The notes below the pieces were generated by a model, which did not search any database, was not told the origin of the DNA, and saw only the letters and a program-made list of their open reading frames with translations. Shown piece after piece: positions 54,837 to 64,000 of a DNA stretch of 64,000 bases; the first letter of the stretch is position 1, and each line of letters starts with the position of its first letter. Made by a program: the position numbers and the translations under genes. Source of the DNA: Bacillus subtilis subsp. subtilis str. 168 (GTDB lineage Bacteria; Bacillota; Bacilli; Bacillales; Bacillaceae); the NCBI RefSeq assembly GCF_000009045.1, contig NC_000964.3, positions 620,001 through 684,000 on the forward strand. The letters run 5' to 3'.

Positions 54837-55857
54837 TAGGAGAATAAGCATTACCTATTGCTTGCTCCTGAACAGGCCATTTTCGAGCCCCCGCTTGGAT
54901 AATTCCCAGCAGCAATTGACGACGTTCCTTTATTGAATTGACGGCAATTTGAAATGTTTGCTTTGATAAAGCCGGTATGCCTGATTGTTGAAGCTTTGAG
55001 ATGTCTGGTTCTGGCGGCGCTTGTTCTGCAGGATGGATATAGGCAGTATGAACGGTATCCAGATAGTTTTTGATACTTGAGCGCGCTTCTTTGATATGAA
55101 GCTGATTCGGCTGATATTGTTCAGGAATTCCGTATTTGAAAATGGTTAGAGCCTCATCCAATACAGCAACAGCTATAATGGATGATTCCTGATGCTGCGT
55201 GCTGTGGTAAAAATGAAGGATGGGGAAGGCGTTATGCTGAGCGGTCAGCTTTCCCAGTTCTGATGAGGCAGCGACAAGAAGAAAATCAATGTCGTGAAAA
55301 TCTTTGCCATTCCATGCATTATGGACGATTTCAGTTCCGTCATGCCCTAGACTTAATACACTTTGGGCAAAGGAGCGTTTTTGATTAACCGCACTCAAGA
55401 CGGAAATCAAATACGTGACAGAAAATGTGATGGTAAGCAGTCCTTGAGCTGTTTCAATAATCGTGACAAGCTTCCATAGGCCTCCGTTCGGAGCGAGGTC
55501 GCCATTTCCTAATGTAAACATGACATAGCCGGAAAAATAAATTCGGTCTGACCAGGAAGCCGGTTCTTTTGATTGAGTTTCCATAAGTGAGTGAGGGTCA
55601 CTCGAGTAAATCAAAACCCACCCGCTCCAAAATAGACTGATCCATATCACTAACGTCAGGCATAACAGCAGAGGACCAGCCATACTTAGAACCTTTGCGT
55701 GGTCACCGCTGATTTTGCGGCAGCCCTTCCACAGCCAGGCAGACAGGCATCTTGTGATCGGGCCGGCACCGCTCTCTAACCATAACGTGGTCCATAAAAA
55801 ATCAATCATCCCCGCTGTCAATAATAAAAGGCCTGCAATGATATAACCCTCATTCAT
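54832..55857 (-). CDS. ydjJ: two-TM/pore-loop ion-channel-like membrane protein
   Basis: TM - pore helix - TLGNGD filter-like motif - TM topology. Confidence 0.8.
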   Translation of the reverse strand: MNEGYIIAGLLLLTAGMIDFLWTTLWLESGAGPITRCLSAWLWKGCRKISGDHAKVLSMAGPLLLCLTLVIWISLFWSGWVLIYSSDPHSLMETQSKEPASWSDRIYFSGYVMFTLGNGDLAPNGGLWKLVTIIETAQGLLTITFSVTYLISVLSAVNQKRSFAQSVLSLGHDGTEIVHNAWNGKDFHDIDFLLVAASSELGKLTAQHNAFPILHFYHSTQHQESSIIAVAVLDEALTIFKYGIPEQYQPNQLHIKEARSSIKNYLDTVHTAYIHPAEQAPPEPDISKLQQSGIPALSKQTFQIAVNSIKERRQLLLGIIQAGARKWPVQEQAIGNAYSPK

Positions 55858-55901
55858 TTTGGTTGCCTCCCTTAAGTCAGCCTTCTTTTATTTTCTTCTC
55901 T

Positions 55902-55927
55902 ATTTCCTTTTATCCTGAGTCTGAAAC
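55902..55927 (-). promoter_or_regulatory. SigB-type promoter for ydjJ
   Basis: Minus strand GTTTCA-N14-GGAAAT. Confidence 0.65.
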
Positions 55928-56118
55928 AATTGAACGAATGTTTGATTTTACAGAGAAAAATAGGTGGGAGTTACCCAACACTTACTCATTTTTCAATATG
56001 AACAGAAAATCACAAGATTTTTGACTTGATTCACACATTTTCATGAAGAAAAACGTTCATTTTCCCCTTGAATTGGTGATTTTCCTTTTATAGAGTAAAA
56101 AATTTTCAGAAATTTATA

Positions 56119-56283
56119 TTGACTGAAAGCGTTTTTATAATTATGATAATATCAGATATAACAAAAATGTCACTATAACATCACTACAATTGAACTATTA
56201 AGTGACTAATAAATACCAAATGAACGAGGTTATGCACAAAGAAATGACCATTGTTCTTTTAACGAGAAATGAAATCGCTTCCA
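56119..56283 (+). promoter_or_regulatory. iolT promoter and two cre-like sites
   Basis: TTGACT-17-TATGAT (56119-56147); TGAAAGCGTTTTTA (56124-56137); TGAAATCGCTTCCA (56270-56283). Confidence 0.7.
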
Positions 56284-56441
56284 TAGGGATTGACATGCTA
56301 AGAAGAAGGGAAGGTTATGAGGTTATTGGATAAAAACATGAACAACTATTTTCTGAAGCCTGCTTACGAAATGTGAGGAAGGCAGCAGCCCTGGAATAAG
56401 TTTTTGACATACGCATTTTGAAAAAGACTGGGGGAAACAGT

Positions 56442-57863
56442 ATGAATAAACAAGGAAATCAAATGTCATTTTTACGTACAATTATTTTAGTCTCCACTTT
56501 CGGCGGGCTTCTTTTTGGCTATGATACCGGTGTGCTCAATGGAGCTTTGCCGTATATGGGAGAGCCGGATCAGCTTAATCTCAATGCCTTCACAGAAGGC
56601 CTTGTCACCAGTTCACTTCTTTTTGGAGCGGCACTGGGTGCTGTGTTTGGCGGCAGGATGTCTGATTTTAACGGCCGCCGCAAAAATATTTTGTTCCTCG
56701 CTGTTATATTTTTTATTTCAACGATTGGGTGTACGTTTGCACCAAATGTTACGGTCATGATTATTTCCCGTTTTGTGCTCGGTATTGCGGTTGGGGGTGC
56801 ATCCGTAACGGTGCCTGCCTATTTAGCAGAGATGTCTCCTGTGGAAAGCAGGGGACGGATGGTGACGCAGAACGAATTGATGATTGTATCAGGACAGCTT
56901 TTGGCCTTTGTTTTTAATGCGATCCTTGGAACAACAATGGGAGACAACTCCCATGTGTGGAGGTTTATGCTGGTCATTGCGTCACTTCCAGCCTTGTTCC
57001 TGTTTTTCGGCATGATCAGAATGCCCGAGAGTCCCCGTTGGCTTGTTTCTAAAGGAAGAAAAGAAGATGCTTTGCGTGTATTGAAAAAAATCAGGGACGA
57101 AAAACGGGCAGCAGCTGAGCTGCAAGAAATTGAATTCGCTTTCAAAAAAGAAGACCAGCTTGAAAAAGCGACATTTAAAGATCTTTCAGTCCCATGGGTG
57201 CGCCGTATTGTGTTTATTGGATTAGGGATTGCGATTGTACAGCAAATTACAGGTGTGAATTCGATTATGTATTATGGGACTGAAATTCTAAGAAATTCCG
57301 GTTTCCAAACGGAAGCCGCTTTAATCGGAAATATTGCGAATGGCGTGATTTCGGTATTGGCAACATTCGTCGGAATCTGGCTGCTGGGAAGAGTGGGGCG
57401 CCGGCCGATGCTGATGACAGGCTTGATCGGTACGACAACAGCATTATTGCTAATCGGGATATTCTCACTTGTACTTGAAGGATCACCGGCACTTCCGTAT
57501 GTAGTCCTGTCATTAACGGTCACATTTCTTGCTTTTCAGCAGGGCGCCATTTCACCAGTGACTTGGCTGATGCTATCTGAAATTTTCCCGCTTCGCCTTC
57601 GCGGACTGGGAATGGGTGTTACGGTATTCTGTCTGTGGATGGTGAATTTTGCAGTCAGTTTCACGTTTCCGATATTGCTGGCAGCTATCGGGCTGTCCAC
57701 AACGTTCTTTATCTTCGTTGGATTAGGAATTTGCTCTGTCTTGTTTGTGAAGAGGTTTTTGCCGGAAACGAAAGGGCTTTCGCTTGAGCAGCTGGAGGAA
57801 AACTTCCGCGCTTATGATCACAGCGGGGCAAAGAAGGATTCTGGGGCTGAAGTGATTGGATAA
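56442..57863 (+). CDS. iolT: major myo-inositol transporter (sugar porter MFS)
   Basis: FGYDTG, D..GRR, PESPRW, QQITGVN and PETKG motifs; ATG 56442 after GGGGG. Confidence 0.93.
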   Translation: MNKQGNQMSFLRTIILVSTFGGLLFGYDTGVLNGALPYMGEPDQLNLNAFTEGLVTSSLLFGAALGAVFGGRMSDFNGRRKNILFLAVIFFISTIGCTFAPNVTVMIISRFVLGIAVGGASVTVPAYLAEMSPVESRGRMVTQNELMIVSGQLLAFVFNAILGTTMGDNSHVWRFMLVIASLPALFLFFGMIRMPESPRWLVSKGRKEDALRVLKKIRDEKRAAAELQEIEFAFKKEDQLEKATFKDLSVPWVRRIVFIGLGIAIVQQITGVNSIMYYGTEILRNSGFQTEAALIGNIANGVISVLATFVGIWLLGRVGRRPMLMTGLIGTTTALLLIGIFSLVLEGSPALPYVVLSLTVTFLAFQQGAISPVTWLMLSEIFPLRLRGLGMGVTVFCLWMVNFAVSFTFPILLAAIGLSTTFFIFVGLGICSVLFVKRFLPETKGLSLEQLEENFRAYDHSGAKKDSGAEVIG

Positions 57864-57865
57864 TT

Positions 57866-57901
57866 TAAAAAAGAATCCGCACCCGAGTGCGGATTCTTTT
57901 T
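57866..57901. terminator. bidirectional terminator iolT/bdhA
   Basis: AAAAGAATCCGCAC-ccga-GTGCGGATTCTTTT. Confidence 0.88.
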
Positions 57902-57910
57902 GGTTTCAAA

Positions 57911-58951
57911 TTAGTTAGGTCTAACAAGGATTTTGACTTGGCTTTTCTCTTTAATAAGAGCCCCGAAGCCTTCCTCGATCAAATCATCTAGTACGATTTT
58001 TTTCGTTACGAGTTTGTCGGCTGAGAAATAGCCTTCTTTCATTAATGACAATACAGCCGGGAAGATGTCGCGGTATCCGATAATTCCTTTTACTGTACGT
58101 TCTTTGATTACGATATCGTTCGGATGGATTTCAGCACCTTTTTCCCAAATGCTGACGATGACGGTTTCACCGGCAATTGTAGTGGACTGGATGGCTTGTC
58201 GTAACACCACTGGGACACCAGTGACTTCGAATGCTACGTCAACACCGCCTCCTGTACGTTCTGCAATCTCAGCGACTACATCGTCTGTTTTAGACGGATC
58301 AACGATGATCGCGCCAAGCTCCTCAGCTTTTTGCTGGCGTTCAGGAGAAAGCTCAACAGCGTAAATATCAGTTGCACCGGCAGCCTTCAGCGCTTCAATG
58401 ACAAGAAGTCCGATCGGGCCGCAGCCGAATACAGCCGCTTTGTCGCCTGCTTTGAGTTTGCTTGAGCGGACAGCGTATAGAGCAACTGCAGAAGGTTCAA
58501 CGAGCGCGCCTTGTTCATATGATAATTCATCAGGAAGTTTGAACAAAAGCTCTTCATCCACAGAGACGTATTCAGAGAAACCGCCGCCTCCGCCGGCTAA
58601 GCCGAGGAATCCCATTTGTTCATCAAGGTTGTAGGCGCCTTGGTGGCCGTGTGTAGCAAAAATCGGCTCGACTACAACGCGGTCTCCAACTTTATAATTT
58701 TCAACGCCTTCTCCGACTTCGACAACTTCACCGGAGAATTCATGCCCCATTGTGACAGGTGCCGTTTCATTTGTTAATGGGTGCGGTTTGTCAACCGGAA
58801 TAAAGATCGGGCCGCCCAGATATTCGTGTAAATCACTTCCGCAGATGCCGCACCATTTGACTTTGATCTTTACTTTTCCCGGCTCCGTTTTTGGCTCTTC
58901 GATATGTTCAATACGGATATCCTTTTGGTTATGCCATCTTGCTGCCTTCAT
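57911..58951 (-). CDS. bdhA: (R,R)-2,3-butanediol dehydrogenase
   Basis: CGICGSDLHEY, GHEFSG and GCGPIG motifs; MDR family. Confidence 0.93.
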   Translation of the reverse strand: MKAARWHNQKDIRIEHIEEPKTEPGKVKIKVKWCGICGSDLHEYLGGPIFIPVDKPHPLTNETAPVTMGHEFSGEVVEVGEGVENYKVGDRVVVEPIFATHGHQGAYNLDEQMGFLGLAGGGGGFSEYVSVDEELLFKLPDELSYEQGALVEPSAVALYAVRSSKLKAGDKAAVFGCGPIGLLVIEALKAAGATDIYAVELSPERQQKAEELGAIIVDPSKTDDVVAEIAERTGGGVDVAFEVTGVPVVLRQAIQSTTIAGETVIVSIWEKGAEIHPNDIVIKERTVKGIIGYRDIFPAVLSLMKEGYFSADKLVTKKIVLDDLIEEGFGALIKEKSQVKILVRPN

Positions 58952-59302
58952 GGATTACCACTCCTATAACTTTTGATGTGAGTAATTCCGCACCGGTCAA
59001 TATGAACTGTTCACAAAATCGCCATTTTTAAAACCAAAAAAGAAATGAAATTTTTATATAATATAATCTACGTTTTTTTGAAAAAAAGAAACTTTAAAGA
59101 AAAAAGGGTCTCGCACACTCTTTTTTCTTTATATGAGAGTATCAATCGTTTACATAGCTATGAATTTGGTTTGAACAATACGGTAATGGTTCGTTCATAT
59201 TGAATGCGACAACTACTCTATCAATAATTATAACTCTAATACTGCTATTATAATAGGATAATCTTCCATGGTTTATTTTAGCAGAGGTAACTTTTTTGAC
59301 TT

Positions 59303-59319
59303 TGTAACATTACTGTAAG
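59303..59319 (+). promoter_or_regulatory. WalR box upstream of ydjM
   Basis: TGTAAC-N5-TGTAAG direct repeat, upstream of an extended -10 TGTATAAT. Confidence 0.75.
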
Positions 59320-59389
59320 GATATTGAAATAAAAAATAGCTGGTTGATCGTGTATAATCTTCCTAGATGTTAACAAACAGGGGGACGAA

Positions 59390-59761
59390 ATGTTGAAGAA
59401 AGTCATTTTAGCCGCTTTTATCTTAGTAGGAAGTACTTTGGGAGCTTTTAGTTTTTCATCAGATGCCAGTGCGAAACATGTGAACGGAAATATTACTTGG
59501 TATAATGGAGTCGGGAAAAAAGGCTCTTCAGGTAAGAAACTTGGACATTGGGATTGTGCGACCAAAATCGGATTTGATGTTCCTAGAAACGGGACAAAAA
59601 TCAGAGCTTATGCAAAAGCGAAGCCTAAAAAGGTGATTACGGTTTATAAAAATGATGTTGGCAGAATGCCTAATGCAGTGCTGGATGTTAGCCCTAAAGC
59701 GTTTAAAGCGCTTGGATACCCATTAAGCAAAGGTAAAGTAGCGGGGCATTACAGCTATTAA
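59390..59761 (+). CDS. ydjM: secreted RlpA-like double-psi beta-barrel protein
   Basis: Signal peptide; GNITWY, CAT, YKNDVG and VLDVSPKAFKAL motifs. Confidence 0.85.
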   Translation: MLKKVILAAFILVGSTLGAFSFSSDASAKHVNGNITWYNGVGKKGSSGKKLGHWDCATKIGFDVPRNGTKIRAYAKAKPKKVITVYKNDVGRMPNAVLDVSPKAFKALGYPLSKGKVAGHYSY

Positions 59762-59826
59762 TGTACATATATAATCTGGAAAGCAAGAAGTCACATTCTT
59801 GCTTTTTCTATTGGTGGAGATAAAAG

Positions 59827-60873
59827 ATGAAAAAAAGAATCATATTATTATTAGCAGTGATAATAGCGGCAGCTGCCGCGGGGGTTGCGTTTTATGTTGC
59901 AAAGGATAAAGGCCATGAGAAGGCTGCTGATGTTTCAGTCAATACCGAAAGCGGTGATGAGCTGCTGGTTTCAATTACAGATACGGATCTGCTGACAAAG
60001 TATTATGAAAATGACAAGGTGATCCATGAGGAGAAGCTGACCAGCTATCCGGCATTTGCCTTGGATCAAAAACAGCAGGTGCTCTATTATACGGGCAATA
60101 ATGAACAGAATGAAATGAGGCTTTTTAAATTGGATCTGAAGTCTCATAAAAAAACGATGCTTTATAAAGGCGCGGAGAGTGCGGACAGTTTATTTTTATC
60201 AAAGGACCGTTCAACCATCTATTTCCGCTTAGGAAAAGCGGACGAAAGCAATTTTCGAATCGCCGCTTTTGATCTGAAGACGAAAAAGTATAAAAATCTT
60301 TATCCTGCCGCTAATGATCAGGATGACACCGTCAGCAGCTTCTTTTATAACCAAAAAAACGATTCATTTGCATTGCTTCATTATTCTGTAGAAGAAGACT
60401 ACAAGAAAACAGATGAAGCAAACGAAAAGGGCATCGACCCTGAACCGACAACGATTCATTTTGCGGAAGGCCGCCAAAATAAATTTAATGAGCTGAAAAG
60501 CCTGAACCAATTTATCAGCGATATTGCTGTTTCTGATGATGATAAACGTATTTTATTCACATCATATACGCAAAAAGGAACGGAGCAAACCGCTTCTATT
60601 CAAATGCTCAATGCGGATACGAAAAAATATGAAAGCATCATCTCAAATCAAAAATCATTTAAGCTGTTAATTGACGCACAGCCTCAGTTTTCTAAGGATG
60701 GGAAGAACATTTATTTTCTTGCCGAAGCCAAGGGGGCTAAAAAGCTGAAGGACGAAACAGGGCGTGAAGCTAAGGTGCGGACGATTTATTCCTATAGCCT
60801 TGAGAATAAGACCTTCAAAAAAGTATGGGAAAATCCGAACGGCATCATCAACAGCTTTTTTGTGATTAACTAA
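59827..60873 (+). CDS. ydjN: membrane-anchored beta-propeller-like protein
   Basis: N-terminal TM anchor; repeated beta-strand units (FSKDGKNIYF, VSDDDKRILF). Confidence 0.8.
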   Translation: MKKRIILLLAVIIAAAAAGVAFYVAKDKGHEKAADVSVNTESGDELLVSITDTDLLTKYYENDKVIHEEKLTSYPAFALDQKQQVLYYTGNNEQNEMRLFKLDLKSHKKTMLYKGAESADSLFLSKDRSTIYFRLGKADESNFRIAAFDLKTKKYKNLYPAANDQDDTVSSFFYNQKNDSFALLHYSVEEDYKKTDEANEKGIDPEPTTIHFAEGRQNKFNELKSLNQFISDIAVSDDDKRILFTSYTQKGTEQTASIQMLNADTKKYESIISNQKSFKLLIDAQPQFSKDGKNIYFLAEAKGAKKLKDETGREAKVRTIYSYSLENKTFKKVWENPNGIINSFFVIN

Positions 60874-60906
60874 TAAAAACCACTCGGCATGAGCTGAGTG
60901 GCTTTT

Positions 60907-61065
60907 TTAATGGATGAGGTGCAGGGCTAATGATCCGAGCCATTTAAAGATATGAATCAGAGGTACCGACAAAAACAGAAGTTCAACATATGAGTTCATT
61001 GCAACATTCAGCTTTTTGAACGCAGCTCTTTTTTTCAAGTCTTTTTGCTGCTGGTTTGAGATCAC
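60907..61065 (-). CDS. ydzJ: small protein YdzJ (52 aa, below the ORF-track cutoff)
   Basis: GTG after AAGAGGAG; MISNQQQKDLKKRAAFKKLNVAMNSYVELLFLSVPLIHIFKWLGSLALHLIH. Confidence 0.75.
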   Translation of the reverse strand: MISNQQQKDLKKRAAFKKLNVAMNSYVELLFLSVPLIHIFKWLGSLALHLIH

Positions 61066-61254
61066 GTTATCACTCCTCTTATATCCATATTATACCATTA
61101 AAACAGACAAAAAAGCCCTAAACGTTTACAGTTTTGGGCTTCTTTCTTCGTATTTGGCCTCTTGCAATGAGAGGCTTTTATTCTGAAATATAGAATTTTG
61201 TCTCCGTTCGGGGTTTGTTTGCTTGCGGGAGACTGCATTTGTTATAGGGAAGAA

Positions 61255-61464
61255 CTAGCTTGTTTTCGTTTGGCTGTTGTTTTGGAGATTCACTAATGAA
61301 CGGATGCCGTCGACCATTTTACTTCCGCACAAAGGGCACAATGGCGTATCACTGCTGGCGAAGTTTTTTCGGGTCCAGCCATTACAGTCTTCTTTTGTGC
61401 ATTCCCAAGTACTCACATCTTCCTTTGGCAGCGGTTCTTGATTTCGTTTGTTATAGTAAGACAT
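61255..61464 (-). CDS. ydjO: YdjO-family small zinc-ribbon protein
   Basis: ATG after GGAAG; WECTKEDC..W.R....P.CPLCG. Confidence 0.85.
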   Translation of the reverse strand: MSYYNKRNQEPLPKEDVSTWECTKEDCNGWTRKNFASSDTPLCPLCGSKMVDGIRSLVNLQNNSQTKTS

Positions 61465-61546
61465 AAAGTCACTTCTTCCCTCATGTATTTTACTGCACAT
61501 TTCCTATTGTCTCATACTTTTCCCTAATCTCCTAATTCCTTTTTCT

Positions 61547-62362
61547 TTATGACTTTCCAATAACCCCATCTAAAAAGGAGAGGAGTGTGCTGTTAAAAGC
61601 ATCTGGCTCTTCTAAAAACGGGCAATGGCTGCTTTTAGGAAAGGTAACGAGTGTCGCGTTTGGAATATTGCTGCGCAAGTGTTCCCCAGCTGCTGTAGAG
61701 AAAAATTTCTTGTCTTCCCCGAAGCACAGCAATGCCGGCACATTGATGTTTTGGAGGGTGCCCCGGTAATCAGCGGCCGTTTGGTTAAATAAAATCGTGC
61801 TAGAAATGGCAGCCGGCTGTTTGAGGATTTCTGCCAGCATCCATTCTGTTTCGGTCTCGGCAGGCGGTTCTGCGAACATATTCTGGATGAAGCTTTCGTA
61901 GAAAGGCAGCGGGTCAGTTTGAATGGCGTGCATCGCTGTTTTTAAGCCGTCAAAATCAAATGGACCATGTTCCCAGCCCTCCCATTGATAGTCCGAAGCG
62001 GATTGATCGATGATCACAGCGGCTTGAATGTTATCATTCCCAAACTGATTGAGATAATCCCATACGACAAAAGCACCCATTGACCAGCCGGCAAGAACGA
62101 CATGATCAAGCTCCATTGCATTTAGAAATTCCCTTATGTCACGGGCATATTGGGAAATGGTGTGGCCGTGAAGCACTTTGTCAGATTCGCCGTGTCCTCT
62201 AAGATCAAGACGAATACATTGATAATTGGCAGAAAGCACCGAAAATTGTTTGTGGAAAAATTGTCCGCTCATCAGCACCCCATGTATAAACAGGATCGGC
62301 GTCCCGCTCCCGTGTGTTTCATAGTAAAGGCGTGTCTGATCTTCTAATATGATGTATGGCAT
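61547..62362 (-). CDS. ydjP: alpha/beta hydrolase (non-haem peroxidase-like)
   Basis: HG oxyanion motif, DLRGHG, GWSMG nucleophile, SSHCPF. Confidence 0.9.
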
Positions 62363-62374
62363 GTTTCTCCTCCT

Positions 62375-63364
62375 TTAGTTTCCATCATGAGTATGGCTGG
62401 CTGCTGTTGAGCTGATGATGGCAGCTGTCGCGGCTGCCTGCTGCGCTTGAATGACTGTTTCGATAGCGGTGTATAGTCCTGATTCCATCAGCAGATTTTT
62501 CTCCATATGCTCACTGAGATAGAGGCTGACAGCAATTTTAAAGTTCATTTCCTTTTGCCATTTAAAAGCTTTTTCCTGGTTTAATTCGTCAGTGATGCAC
62601 AAAACGGTTTTGATATCTGGCTCTTCCAGAAATGTGAGGAGAGCAAGGTCTGGATAATGATAATCCTTTGTTTTTTTGACAGATTCAGTGATCGATTGAT
62701 ATATCTGTTTGCAAGCGGAAACAAGCATTTCGGGCTCTTTTTCACTTTGCAAGGCCAGAATATGGCTGACCTGATGTAAGTACTGTCCTTTTTTAAAGCC
62801 GTTGGCTGCCAGCAGTTGATAGCATGTTTCCGCCTTCTGTAGCGCCTGCAAACCTTTTCCGTTTTCTCCAAGCAGTACGGCAAGCGGAACATTCTGAGTT
62901 GAAGTGAGGAAATAATGATTTTTCTTCATCTGCTGATAAACAGCTAGCCCCATGTTCATCTGTTCTTTTTGGTTTGTCGTTTCAGATTTGCCGGTGAGCA
63001 AGATCAGAGCGGAAAGGTATGTGAACATATCCCGCTTATACCCTAGCTTCACCATTTCATTGTATACATCGATGAAAGTCTGAAATGTTTGTTTTGCCTC
63101 ATGCTGAAAATGAATGTCCAGAATAGATGCAACAGTAAAGCGGTGGTGTGAATTGAGTGTTGAGAAGCTGCCGATGTTTGATTTGATATAGCTGCTCAAA
63201 TCATAAAAGCGCTGAAAATCAAACTCTCTTTTATTCACAATATATGCAGAAGAAATGAGCATTAATATCTGATCGTGTGAAACTTTCCATTTTAATTTTG
63301 TTTTTAATTCAGCATAAATGGAAATGTAATGCTTTGTTTTTTCATGTAGATCGTGTGTGAGCAT
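62375..63364 (-). CDS. yeaA: DUF4003-like helical protein
   Basis: 329 aa; AAGGAG RBS; C-terminal AQQAAATAAII tail; synteny. Confidence 0.8.
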   Translation of the reverse strand: MLTHDLHEKTKHYISIYAELKTKLKWKVSHDQILMLISSAYIVNKREFDFQRFYDLSSYIKSNIGSFSTLNSHHRFTVASILDIHFQHEAKQTFQTFIDVYNEMVKLGYKRDMFTYLSALILLTGKSETTNQKEQMNMGLAVYQQMKKNHYFLTSTQNVPLAVLLGENGKGLQALQKAETCYQLLAANGFKKGQYLHQVSHILALQSEKEPEMLVSACKQIYQSITESVKKTKDYHYPDLALLTFLEEPDIKTVLCITDELNQEKAFKWQKEMNFKIAVSLYLSEHMEKNLLMESGLYTAIETVIQAQQAAATAAIISSTAASHTHDGN

Positions 63365-63396
63365 AAAAAGCAGCTCCTTTTGTTGTTTTTACGTAA

Positions 63397-63422
63397 TACG
63401 ATAAATAGGGCCAAAGGTTTCA
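63397..63422 (-). promoter_or_regulatory. SigW promoter of yeaA-ydjP-ydjO
   Basis: Minus strand TGAAAC-N16-CGTA, a consensus match. Confidence 0.85.
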
Positions 63423-63428
63423 TAAAGA

Positions 63429-63455
63429 AAAAACTTGCCTGCTAGAGGCAAGTTT
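63429..63455 (-). terminator. cotA terminator
   Basis: AAACTTGCC-tgctaga-GGCAAGTTT with a minus-strand T tract. Confidence 0.75.
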
Positions 63456-63461
63456 GTCGGG

Positions 63462-64000
63462 TTATTTATGGGGATCAGTTATATCCATCGGTCTCATCAT
63501 GTCATAGTCTTCATGCTCTAGAATATGGCAATGCCATACGTATCGTCCGCTGTACGGACCGAATGTCGCCGCGATTCTCAGGACTTCACCTGCATGCGCT
63601 TGAATGGTGTCTTTCCAGCCCTTTTCACTTGGCGGCGGCGGGACAGCCGGACCGGTATAGGACAATTCCCCGCTTTCTTGATAACGGGCGATATCAAACG
63701 GCCGCCGGTCTAATACACGGAAGGAGACTAGATGCAGGTGGATCGGATGTGTTCCGCGTGTCGGGTTGATAATGGACCATATTTCAGTTGTGCCGACTTT
63801 TGGTGTTTCTGTGACGGGATCGTGCCAGCGTTTGTTATTAAGCAGAAGGACGGGTCTGCCGTATTCGTCCTGGGTGCCTGCCAGTTTTAACGTTCTGATG
63901 TTTTGTATTCTTTCATGCTGTACCGAAGGGTATGAGGCGAGGTACTTCGGCTTTCTGCTTTCGTCTTTTTGTGCCAATGGTTTTGTGACTCTGAATTGCA
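63462..64000 (-). CDS. cotA: spore-coat laccase, 3' part (runs off the window)
   Basis: Multicopper oxidase motifs HPIHLH and WHCHILEHEDYDMM. Confidence 0.97.
   Translation of the reverse strand, partial: QFRVTKPLAQKDESRKPKYLASYPSVQHERIQNIRTLKLAGTQDEYGRPVLLLNNKRWHDPVTETPKVGTTEIWSIINPTRGTHPIHLHLVSFRVLDRRPFDIARYQESGELSYTGPAVPPPPSEKGWKDTIQAHAGEVLRIAATFGPYSGRYVWHCHILEHEDYDMMRPMDITDPHK

Noticed and set aside
59160-59340. Possible small gene between bdhA and ydjM
   Set aside because: Only very short frames without an RBS; the region is explained by the promoter and WalR box

Overview
This window is recognisable as Bacillus subtilis 168-type chromosomal DNA, roughly the 620-684 kb region. That identification is from recalled gene order and protein sequences, not a database search. 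In order it contains: the ydhF 5' end, phoB, fra, ydhH-K, pbuE with its purine (adenine) riboswitch, the gmuBACDREFG glucomannan operon, a frameshifted Mn-catalase (ydhU), the rrnE operon with four tRNAs, thiL-tsaE-tsaB-rimI-tsaD, a DnaA-box cluster, ydiF, moaC-rex-tatAY-tatCY, ydiKL and groESL. A low-GC accessory block follows (about 31.85-44.7 kb, classically 'prophage 3'), carrying the BsuM restriction-modification genes. After it come gutR-gutB-gutP-ydjE, pspA-ydjGHI, ydjJ, iolT, bdhA, ydjMN, ydzJ, yeaA-ydjP-ydjO and the 3' part of cotA. The main result comes from hand-translating the broken frames in the accessory block. They give the order att - integrase - repressor stub - Xis-like - primase (Prim-Pol/PriCT) - terminase small subunit - defence cargo - att, about 11.3 kb long with no capsid genes seen. 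This fits a decayed phage satellite (PICI/SaPI-like) better than a prophage. A 16/18 copy of the groEL 3' end at 43184-43201 is followed by a second integrase tail, which suggests tandem insertions at a groEL hotspot. Other points of interest are a CsoR-like copper operator upstream of ydhK, a 33-codon uORF in the iolT leader and a Mn-catalase broken by a single base.
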